A stretch of 64,000 nt of DNA from Felis catus. Lineage: Eukaryota. The position numbers and the translations under genes are program-made. Under the pieces are notes generated by a model. The model worked only from the letters and a program-made list of their open reading frames with translations, searched no databases and was not told the origin of the DNA. The stretch covers positions 55,058,001-55,122,000 of the forward strand of contig NC_058368.1 in the NCBI RefSeq assembly GCF_018350175.1, read 5' to 3'. This document shows, one piece after another, positions 13,341 to 24,350 of the stretch; position 1 is the stretch's first letter, and every line of letters begins with the position of its first letter.

Positions 13341-14498
13341 ATTGTTAAATATAGTACCTTGAAGGTCCTAAGATGGTTATGAAGAAACAAAGTGATAGAA
13401 TATAAAGCTACAAGAGTATAATACTATCCCTAGGTAGTGTGAACAAGTGTACAGAGGGCTTCTAACCTGCACACCAATTTGCAATAAACATGATTATTTT
13501 TAGTACTTTGTTTCCTTCCTTTGTCCCTTCTTCCTTCCCTCTCTCATATAGTCCTGATTTATTTCCCCCCATCTCTAGTTTACTAGCTATTTCATTTTAT
13601 TGCTTATTTAGCCTATGTTTATATTCCTGCTTCTCCCTCCCACCGTCAATTTACTGATTTTAATCTGTCTTTTAGCTAGAAAACAAACTAAAATCACACT
13701 GGATACTTTTGAGAGCGAACGAGTCTTTCCTATGAATAAATTCCATGATGTTTAATGTTTGACATTATAACTTTTGAATTCTACATGGGGAATATCCTGT
13801 TTTGCTGAGTTTTGTATCATTGCAGAATTATTCTACATCATAATCGTGACTTAGAATCTGCTAATCAACTCCTACATTTCTCTCTGCCATCAGGAACCCC
13901 ACATCTGTTAGCAGCAAACTGTGCTCTATCGTTAACCTCTTCTCTGAATTTTCTCTCTACTTACTGGCCTTTATTAACAGCTGCTTCTGAGACCACTGGG
14001 CTGCAGCACTATCAAAAGGAAGCGGATTTTGCTGTTATCAATTATCAGGGCCAGAAAGAGGAGGTTTGGTGAGGTGGACCAGATGTTTTCTCTGTTCCTC
14101 ACTAGTGCTTCCAAAACTCCTCTCAGAAACTTCCCTTAGCCACACCTCCTTCAGTAACATCTTGTGCTCCACACTTAAACTCATGATTCACATATATAAT
14201 TCCTTTAGTCACCCCTTTGTCATCACAGGTAACTTCACTATTTATGACTCACTTGTGCCACCACCTCCTATCCCTCCCACTTACTAAAAAATCATCCAAA
14301 TTTTCCATTGTACTGACCTCGACATTTTTTTCTTCTTCTCAGATTTGATTCCATGGTTTATTATACTCAGACTATTGCAAAAAACATTCTCAGCAAACTA
14401 GTCCCACTCAGTACCACCACTCTTAATTGGTGTACCCCCATCACAGGTGAAGTCAACTACCCTCTTAAAAAAAAAATCACAGTCTCACTGGTTTAATT

Positions 14499-14710
14499 AT
14501 TTTTTAATTTTTTTTAGTGTTTATTTCTGAGACAGAGACAGAGCATTAGTGAGGGAGGGGCAGAGAGAGAGGGAGACACAGAATCTGAAGCAGGCTCCAG
14601 GCTCTGAGCTGTCAGCACAGAGCCTGACGTGGGGCTCAAAATCACAATCCGTGAGATCATGACCTGAGCCGAAGTTGGTCACTCAACCGACTGAGCCACC
14701 CAGGCGCCCC
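14499..14710 (-). mobile_element. Can-SINE
   Basis: Reverse head ccacccaggcgcccc; exact TSD tcactggtttaatt at 14485 and 14711. Confidence 0.96.
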
Positions 14711-16475
14711 TCACTGGTTTAATTTTTAAATAAATGATAATGTACCTTAAATGACTAACACTGCCTGCTGCTCTTACTCTGTGCCTTTAGGAAGCTCACT
14801 TTCTTATTACATATAAACACTATGTTACCCTTTCTCCTTTATTCATCACAACTCTACCCCAACACATAGCCAATGGCTTTGCGGCCTACTTCACTGAGAA
14901 AGTAAGAGATCTTAATATTAAGCCTGGGATCATGGGAACAAATCAAGATCATCCCAAGCAAACCCAGACACAACCTGACTTTTCAGTAGGTTTCTTTAAG
15001 TCTTTACTAGGTGAGGTTTTTTTCTCCCCCCCCACCCCCCCCCTTACTGGGATTGCATTAAAAATAAAGTTGCTTTGCAATTTTTTTTCTACAGATAGTA
15101 TTCTCTATTAGTGAGCCTAGATCCTCATCAATGGCCCAAGATAGGTCAGTGTTTTGAAAACGTGGTATACAAAATGGAAGAAGAGTTAAGAGCTGTGTTA
15201 TATATTTGACTCTAATAGTACTGTGTAAATTTGTGTAACTTTCATAATACCTAAGATTTGGCTTTATAATTGGAAAATTAGTATATTGGTTTCAATGATC
15301 ATTAAGATTCTGTCAGAGTCTGAGATTTTGTGATTCTCTATATAAAAATCCTATGGAACTCAAAGCAGAAGGGAAGCATGAGTAATGACAACACAATTAT
15401 GATTTTAGAAAACTTTGTACATTCATGAGTTAAAAATTTTGCAATTCATAACATAAAAAGATCATTATTATGTAGAAACGATAGAACTTTTGTCATTCTG
15501 TGCAGTATCATATAAATGTTCTCCAATAAATTTAATTTCAATAAAATTGTTTCACTGTATTCTTAATTGTGGCCGCTCATAATTTACTTTTACAATACCT
15601 TGAGGGAGTGTTGTTTACAATCTGAGAGTACTAGAACTTTTCTGAAAAATTTCATGTGTGTTTTATACAAGGAAAAAAGTTCCCTTGGAGTATCATATAA
15701 ATTTAGAAACATAGCCAAATACCCAGATGCTATAAATCCACACATTTTCTTTGCAGTTCTTGAGCTTTGTAAATCAAATCTAATCCCCAAAGTGTAATAT
15801 ATGCTGTCAGCTATTACTTGCTATTAATAACAGGTGACATTCTTCTTAAAACAAGTATAAGACATTGTATCACATTTGAATGTAACAATTACAAGTCTCT
15901 GCAGCTAAATGGAGATGGTAATAGTAATAGTAAATAAAACTTAACAAAATCTTGCAAATTTAAAATGTACTAAAAAGTAGTTTTATTTCTGAGTTGGAAC
16001 TAAAAGTCATTAACACAATAACTACATTTAGGTGAAAAGTATCCCTGAGTGACTGAAGCAGTGATTTATAACATACATACCTACTGAAATTAGGTTATGA
16101 GACCCAATCTTTTACCAAAGGTATTATTTTGGATTACCTAACAAATATAATTTCTAACATTTCTCAAAAACAAAAAAAAAACAAAAAACTAAAATCAAAT
16201 ATTAATCCTTAAGCTTAAAGATGCAATATTAGGTCCTATGGTTTATACTTTGTATATAGGAGGGTTTAAGATTTTTTTTCAAAAACACAAACTTTATTTT
16301 GACTATAGTATTTTCTGTCTAAACTTATCCAATAATCACTCGTATCAGTCACACACATACACATTCACATAGACAAATATATTCCTTCCTAATCATAAAT
16401 CTCTATACCTGTCTATATTGCTTTATAATCCATTTATTTGCTTTTCCCTCTTTAGTAAAATGGCAAAATAGCTCT

Positions 16476-16992
16476 GTATTAATTTATCATTGCTGTCTTA
16501 ACCAATTGCCACCCAATGGTGCCTTAAAACTGCACAAATTTATCTTACAGTTCTGGAAGTCAGAATTCTGAAATGGATCTCATTGGACTAAAATCAAGGG
16601 GTTTGTTTGTTTGTTTGAAGGACTGCATTCCTTCTCAAGGTTGGGGAGGAAAAAAACCTTCCCTGGTCTTTTGCAGCTTCTAAAGGTTGTACACATTCCT
16701 AAGCTTGTGGCCCCATTCCACCTTCAAACACAGCAAGGGCTAAGTGAGTCTTTTTAACGCTGCACCACTCTGACACTGACCCCTCTGTTTCCGTTTTCCC
16801 TATTTTAAGGACTTTTGGGATTACATTTGCCCCATCTGGATAATCTATGATAATTTCCCTATCTGAATTTCAGTTGAGTTAGCCACTGTAATTCCATCTG
16901 CAGTCTTCATTCTCCCTTACCATGTGATATGTTCACAGGTTCCAGGAATTAAGATGTGGAAATCTTCGGGGAGCCATTATTCTACCTACCAT
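16476..16992 (-). mobile_element. MaLR LTR (MLT1C/D-like)
   Basis: tgtattaattt...aaatttatcttacagttctggaagtcag...ggggagccattattctacctaccata. Confidence 0.85.
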
Positions 16993-17070
16993 ATCCTCCC
17001 ACCTTTAAAATATGTATTTTAGTAAAAATATATACATATATATATATTTTAATGAAGCCTCTTTAGTCAC

Positions 17071-17620
17071 TGTGGCAGACAAACTCCAAGATGGCCCCCA
17101 ATGACATCCACACCCTGGTGTGCAAACCTTGTGAAATTCCCTCCCTTTGAAGGTGGACTAGAGTAGTGAATTGATTCTAACAAATAGAATATGGCAAAAG
17201 TGATGAAATGTCATTATAGGATTAGGCTACATAAATTGTGACTACATCTTACTAGCTGTGATGTAAAACAAACAAAAAAACAAAAAAAAACAAAGGTGAG
17301 GGAGGCCCATGTGGCAACAGCCAGAAAAGAACTAGAGTTTTGGTCAAACTGTTCTTACTGGACTAAATGCTATCAACTACTATTTAAGTGAGCTTTAGGG
17401 ACATCATTTCCCAGTCATTCCACAGACACCCTAATGCTGGCCAACTCCTTGATTATAATCTTATGAGAGGCATGGAAGCAAAAAAAAAAAAAAAAAAAAC
17501 AACCACCTAACCTGGGCCTGGATTCTTGATCCAAAGTTATTTTGAAATATTAAGTGTGGGTTATTATAAACCAACTAAATTTTGTGGGAATTTGTTACAT
17601 AGTAATACATAACGAATACA
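17071..17620 (+). mobile_element. MaLR LTR (MLT1E/F-like)
   Basis: tgtggcagacaaactccaagatggcccccaatga...aatagaatatggcaaaagtgatg...aatttgttacatagtaatacataacgaataca. Confidence 0.85.
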
Positions 17621-17892
17621 ATCTCCCTTTTTATGCTTCTCAAGCAACAACTAGGTCTTAACATGTTGAACAAACCACAGAAATAATGCAATGTCATAAA
17701 ACATATGAAAAACACAAGTCTCACCTTGACTTTCGAATTGAAAAAGTTCTTGTAACCAAGGAACGCAAAACGATTCATGTCAAAATATTTCGAAGAAAAG
17801 GAAGTATTTTGGAGAAAAGAATTATCAAAAGCTTTTCACCCACCAAATAAAGTAGTATTGGATACCATAGCTTGAAGGAAAAGAAAACTTAC

Positions 17893-18887
17893 CAGGGAAA
17901 GGATGAGAAAGTAGACTTGGCTGTCTCCCAGAGAGGATCCTTCTTTCTTCTCCACCGAGATCTTGGGAAGACGGCAACAAATAGATTTTCATGGAGAGGA
18001 GATTCAGGACTTGAGGTCAGGAAGGACTATTTTTGAAAGAATATGCTAGACGTTTCCAGGTAGAACATCAATAATATTCCAATTATTTCCATATACCACA
18101 ACTGGTTTATCCTTTCATCCACTGATGGACATTTAGGCTGTTTCTACCTTTTTGCTACTGTGAATAGTGCGGTAAAGGTGCGCTGCATAGGAAAGAGAAT
18201 AATGTCCTGAGGCTGCTCTTCACGTGAAAGGCTCCACGAACAGGCAGCTATATTCTCACGAGATGAATTTTAGACACCTCGAATCTGCCAGAAGAAACTG
18301 CTGCACCCGAGGAAAATGAGTTGGTGCCTTTGGGTTGCTAAGGCAGGAAACTGTTTTGCCGCCAAGGAACTTTGGTGTCCTGAAACGCTAAGGCTTTGCA
18401 GCCCAGGAATGCGCAGTTCATGCCCGCAGTCTAACCTCCAGGGGTCCCTCCAGGGGTCCCTTTCCAGCCGTTTTTAGGCTGGAGCCGTCCCCACAGCTGG
18501 CTGGAGCCGTCCCCACAGCTGGCCGGAGCCTCTCAGGCATTGCTCCACCACACTATGACTCTGAGGTGGGGCAAGGTACGCAAAAGCATTGGGGTTTGCG
18601 TGATGGGTGGTGTCAGCCAGAAAACTTACAGAGAAGTCTGGGAGGCGTCGCACCAGCAGCACCCAGGTGCTGGCCGGTAGAACCCCAGAAGTCCTGGGAA
18701 CTGGCTTTCTCTGCAAAGCGTGGATGCTCTGTAGCACCTGGGGCCTGATTCCGCCGTTCTCAGAACAATCCCTCAAGGTTTGCTCCTCCCAGAGCAGCCT
18801 CTCCTTCCGCTTCATCAGGACCCGAATTTATTCCTCGTACTCACACCGGAAGTTAAGGGGCGCACCCTACCGGCTGGAGAAGTTCAT
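17893..18887 (-). other. Candidate spliced transcript (exon ~18887-18630 and exon 18026-17893); lncRNA, pseudogene or unidentified gene
   Basis: Two GTAAGT donors and an AG acceptor; the frame from ATG 18815 stays open across the junction; no recognised homology. Confidence 0.25.
18065..18170 (-). mobile_element. L1 3'-region fragment (left piece)
   Basis: ataccacaactggtttatcctttcatccactgatggacatttaggctgtttctacc...gctactgtgaatagtgc matches the antisense L1 3' region. Confidence 0.8.
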
Positions 18888-18962
18888 TGTCTGCCTTGCC
18901 AGGAAACACCTCGCACCACCCTCTGAAACAGCCGGAGCCCTGGCCTGCTGGAGTCACCCACG
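18171..18962. promoter_or_regulatory. CpG/GC-rich promoter-like block
   Basis: Only non-SINE GC-rich, CpG-retaining block in the window. CCGGAAGT 18846-18853 (ETS); X-box-like GTTGCTAAGGCAGG 18334-18347 and CTTGCCAGGAAAC 18895-18907; CACGTG 18221; TCTCACGAGA 18254. Confidence 0.55.
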
Positions 18963-19772
18963 TTGTTCTTTTTTTTTTTTCCTTTTTTTTTTCTTTTTTT
19001 GTCTTTTGTATTTGAACGCCTGTTTCCAATTATTTGGGTATACACCTCAGAGTGGAATTGCTGAGCCATATGGGAATTTCTTCCTTTCTAATTCTGATGC
19101 CTCTGATTTCTTTTTGTTGCCTGATTGCTCTGATTAGAACTTCCAGTATTATGTTAAGTACAGCAGGGAAAGTGGGCATCCTTGTATTCTAACTAATCTT
19201 AAGGACAAGATTTTATTTTTTCTCTATTGAGTACATTGTTAGTTGTGAGTTTTTCATAAATGCCCTTTATCATGTTAAGGAAATTCAATTTCTCTGTTGT
19301 GAGTGGTTTTGTTTTTTTCTTTATTAATTTTTATCATGAAGGGCGGTGGATTTCGTCAAAGTTTTTCTGTGCCAATTGAGATGATCATGCTTGTTTTTTT
19401 ACCCTTTATCCTCTTAAGCACTATATTACAATGATTGATTTTCTTGTGTTAAACCACCCTTGCATTACTGAGATAAATCGCATTACATCAAAGTGTATAA
19501 TCCTTTTAATGTGCTTTTGGACTCAGTTTGCTGGTATTTTGTTAAGAATTTTTGCATCTGTATTTATAAGGGATATTAATCTGTACTTTTCTTTCTTGTA
19601 ATGTATTGCCTTGGTTTGATGTAGGTAATAATATTGGCTTTACAGAATGAGTTAAGCAGTGTTCCTTCCTCTTCTCTGTTGTTGGAAGACTTTGAGATTT
19701 TTATTGATTCTACTTTAACATTGGAAGCCATCTGATCCTGGACTGCTGGTCTTTGTTGTTGTTTTTTCCCCC

Positions 19773-19967
19773 TTAACGTTTATTATTGATAGACACAAGG
19801 CGTGAGCCTGGGAGGGGCAGAGAGAGGAGGAGACATAGAATCCGAATCAGGCTCCAGGCTCTGAGCTTTCAGCACAGAACCAGATGCAGGGCTCAAACCC
19901 ACAAACCAGGAGATCATGACCTGAGCCAAAGTCGGATGCTCAACCAACTGAGCCACCCAGGTGCCCC
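19773..19967 (-). mobile_element. Can-SINE inside L1
   Basis: caggctccaggctctgagc...ccacccaggtgcccc. Confidence 0.93.
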
Positions 19968-22101
19968 TGATCTCAGACTGCTTTTTATTGGGAGTTATTA
20001 TTACTAATTCAATCTCTTGCAGTAGGTTTATTCATATTTGTATTTCTTTTTCAGTTAATTTTGGTAAGTTGTATGATTCTTGGAATTTTAAATTTTATCT
20101 AAGTTATTTAATTTGTTGCCATGTAATTTTTAATAGTGTTCTCTTAGAATCCTTTTAATCCTGTAAGTTTGGAAGTAATGCCCTCATTTCTTTTTACTAT
20201 TTTAATCATCTACATCTTCTCTTTTTTTAATGCGTCAGTTTACCTGGAAGTTTATCAATTTTTGTTGATCATTTTAAAGAAACAAAGTTTGGTTTTGTTC
20301 ATTCTCTCAATTGTTTTGTCATTATCTATTTCATTTTTTACCACTATAATCTTTATTATTTCCTTCCTTCTTATAGCTTTAGATTTAGTTTTCTTTTTCT
20401 TTTTCTCATTCTGTAATGTACAAGTTTAGGTTATTGATTTTAGATATTGCTATTTTTTAATATAGGCATTTACTGCCATAAAATTTTGTTTAAACAGCTT
20501 TTGCTGCCTCTGATTATTTTTGGTTTTTTGTTTTGTTTTATATTGTGTTTTTATTTTCATTTATCTTTAAGTGTTTTGTACTTTCCCTTGTGATTTCTTG
20601 ACACACTCTTTGACTTGGTTGTTTAACTTCCACATATTTATGAATTTTCCGCGCATTCATTAATTTTCATTTTGTTATGGATTTTTAGCTTCACTCCATT
20701 GTGGTCAATAGAAGATTCTTATTTATAATTTCAATGTTGCAAAATGTATTGACACTTATTTTGCTGCCTAAAAATGGTCTTTTCTGGGGAATGTTCCATG
20801 AAGGATCCTAGTAATCCATCTGGTGGGACGTTTGTTTGATGGTGTGCCACCGGTCCCCTAGTCTATCTTAACTTTTCTTCATTCCTTTTCCTTTCTACTC
20901 TTCAGGCTGGATAATTCTAACTGCCCTATCTTCAAATTTACTGATTCTTTTTTGCATGCTTCAATCTGCTAATGTTTAACTGCTTTAGGGAGTTTTTCAC
21001 TTCAGTAATTGTACTATTTTGCTCTAGTTTTTGTTTGGTTTCTTTTCACAGTTTTTCTCTTTATTGATATTCTCTATTTCTTCATACACTATCTCCTGTT
21101 TACCTTTAGCTCTTTGCCTGTGGTTTCCTTCAGCTCTTTGAGTATATTTAAAAGAGTGGATTAAATGTCTCTGACTAGTAACAATGTCTGTGCCTCCTCA
21201 GGGACAGTTTTATAGATTTCTTCTATGAAAGGGCCATATTTTGTTGTGCCTTTGCATATTCCATAATATTTTGCTCATAACTGGGCATGCAAATAGTTTA
21301 CTGTTGTTCTAAAATTCACATTTTTTCTCCTTCTTCGGTTTTTCTCCCCCTTGCTTGTTTTGGGCTGTAGCTGTTTGTTAAGTGACTTTTCTAAACTATT
21401 TTTGGAATGTCTATATTCTTTGTGTGGCCTCTGAAGTCTCTGTTCCTTATTTTACATTTAGCTAACATTTTGACTAAGATTTCCTTGAATGCCAGGAGAG
21501 AAAGAGAGAACAAGAGACAATAATGAAACAAAAAGAAAAAAAGAAAGGATCTGACAGTAACTGGGGCACTCCTTTAACACTTTAGCTAGGCCATTTACAA
21601 CTCTGACTTATACTTCACATTGTGCTTTACTATCCCTAGACATCAGCCTGGGTAAAAGTCTAGGATCTTCTCGGGTCTTCTCTGAGTCTGCATCATGCTC
21701 TAGGCAAAGGCATGGCTCTCTAAATTCCCTAGAATACACACATTTTTAATATCTTAATTTCCCAAAGAAACTCTCTCCCCAGTTTTTCCTTCAAGGCTTT
21801 AGGCTGTTATATACTTCAAACATAATATTTTACCTTTGGCAACTGAGGGTTGTGTGTCTTACAAGATTTTCCAGCAATGATTCACTGTGTTTCCACCCCA
21901 AGTGTGTGCCAAGTTAGTTATAATAGAGATAAATGGCTTGTGTCAGTCTTTAGTAGCTCCCAGACAGATTGGAAGATACAAATACAAATTCTTTGTAGGT
22001 GAGATTTGTTCTGCTCTGCTGGGACCAGGCTCCAGCTTCAAGACCACCATCAAGCTGTGAAGGAAGGAAGAGCAGGACAAATAAAAAAATGCCACAGGGC
22101 T

Positions 22102-22328
22102 GGGGTGCCTGGGTGGCTCAGTAGGTTAAGCATCCGACTTCAGCTCAGGTAATGATCACATGGTTCATGAGTTCGAGCCCCACATCAGGGTCTGTGCTGA
22201 CAGTCAGAGCCTGGAGCCTGCTTCAGATTCTGTGTCCCCCTCTATCTCTGCCCTACCCCTGCTTGTGTTCTCTCTCTCTCTCTTTCTCTCTTTCAAAAAT
22301 GAATAAACATAAAAACATTAAAATTAAA
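22102..22328 (+). mobile_element. Can-SINE
   Basis: TSD aaaaaaatgccacagggct / aaaaaaatgccacagagct. Confidence 0.95.
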
Positions 22329-24189
22329 AAAAAAATGCCACAGAGCTTACTTACCATTTTTTAGTTTCCTTTGCTAGATTAAACAACCCTTGGTTGCTGG
22401 AATCTTTGTTTTTCTGAGTTCTGACAAAGTTAACTCTGGTACTTTTAGCTCCATATTTTATTGTTTCTGTGTAGGGACCAGCCACTGGAGCTAATTTCTC
22501 TGCATTTTTCCTGATGTCCTCCACAAACACTCAGTTTTGTAAGTTGTTATTCAATAATACGTAACAAATACAGTAACTCTAACATTTAGATACATGTATT
22601 AGGCATATTATATGTGTCTCTTTTAGATTCAGCACTGCCACCTTCCCAGCCTGTTTCACTTCCCTTCCCACTCCCAAGTCTGCTGTTTTCAGCTGTAGCA
22701 ATGAGAATCCAAGTTATGGACATACGGCCACTATTTCAGGACTAATGTAGCAGCTAACAAGTGACCATTTATTTGCATGAGCCTTCTGTGAGCCCCTGTG
22801 TACCAAAGTGCAAGATTTGAAGCCAAGCACCAGACTAATAAAGTAGACCCCAGCATTGTTAGCTCTTCCCATCACTTTAGGAATTAGAAAAAAATCCAGA
22901 CTTTTCATCAAAGAAAATGGCCTAATGACACAACTTGAAAGCCATGGCTTAACTATCATTAAAGTCTAATGGAAGGAAAACATTGCATTGGGAACCAAGA
23001 AAGTAAATTTATTTTTCTTCCTCCCATCCAAGAATTATTCTACAAGGCAGAAGTTCATAAAGTCTCTGTGAAGACATCATTGAAGGCCAGTCAATGAGCT
23101 GTGTCTGTTATGAAGAACAACGAGTTCTCTAATGCCTCTCTTCTGTTCCGTCTCTCTGCTTTCTGGCCACACTTCTTACCCCCACCCCCCACTTCTACTT
23201 CCCTGCAATTGTATTCCTCAAATAATTAATAGCACACAGATATTTGTTTTAGGCTGTTTTCTATGAAACATTGAGCAAGGCATTAAAATATATATTTTAA
23301 TCATTAAAATATAGATTTTTTTTTAATGTGTGTTGTACCCACCCAAGTGTGTGAGCCAAGATCCATGAGTACTATAAATGGTGTCACCATCTGTCCCAGT
23401 TATCCTTATGTGAATCATCATTAGCAATATATCTTTGGGGCTTAAATTAGGTAAGTTATCATAAGAAAACAGGTAGGTAAATGTAAGGTTACTAAATTCA
23501 TCTATTTAACAAATGTTTATTAAATGGTTGACAGTGTTCTGGGCAGCATGCAAGATATTGCCACATTTAAATTCAATGAAAAGTCAGGGCTAGTGTCCTT
23601 GGGAGGCTAATCTGTTGCTAGAACTACAGGCATGTTTTCTGGCTTCTATCACTGTTGCATTTGGAGACATTTTGAATTGCCTCAGGCCCAGTCAGAGGGA
23701 GAGTTGCCTAGTTTCTATCATTCCTTTAGTCACAAGTAATGAAAAGTCTTGATACCAATGATTTCAAAGTTAGGCAAATTCACTTTGCCTATACCTGAGT
23801 AGAGGCAGAAACGGAGGGATTGTAATGTGATAGACAAAGCACAGAAAGAGAAAGATGTGGGTGGCATGCATGTAAACAGGAGATGAAATCTTCTTATACC
23901 ATGAATGTTTTAGTAATTTTCAAGAATTTGATTTTACTTTTACTTCCTTAGGTAGAGTCTTATCCGTTTTCTATGTTTGGTTTGCATCTCCTGTATAAAT
24001 ACTTTAGTCTGATTTGAAACCAGTAACTTAACTTCATATGCCATTGTTTCATCCCTATCTATTTATAGAAATCTATTTATTTTTACATAAATCTATTAAT
24101 ATAAATATTATAAAGTTATAAAGAATATATTATATGTATAATATATATATCAGAAATCAAAGAGAGATGATAAAATAGGGTGTTTTGCC

Positions 24190-24350
24190 TGTTGACTTGA
24201 ACCATATTTCTGGGATCTTTTGAAAGTTACTCAATCTCTCTATTTCCATTCCTTTCTTGACAAAGGTGGATAATAGTTGTACCATTCTCATAAAGTTGTT
24301 GTGAGGACTATGTTATAACAATGCTTAGAACATTGTACACACCCAGTAAA
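24190..24350 (+). mobile_element. MIR relic
   Basis: aagttactcaatctctct...ataatagt...cataaagttgttgtgagga. Confidence 0.65.

Larger units (their letters stand above)
19005..22520 (-). mobile_element. Old fragmented LINE-1 (3' piece, ORF2 5' region and more 5' sequence)
   Basis: gggtatacacctcagagtggaattgctg; agaacttccagtattatgttaa...gggcatccttgt; gttaagaatttttgcatctgtatttataagggatatt are antisense L1. Confidence 0.85.

Noticed and set aside
18607..19137. Longest ORF (176 aa, plus strand)
   Set aside because: Starts at GTG, runs through a T tract into antisense L1, and shows no recognisable homology.
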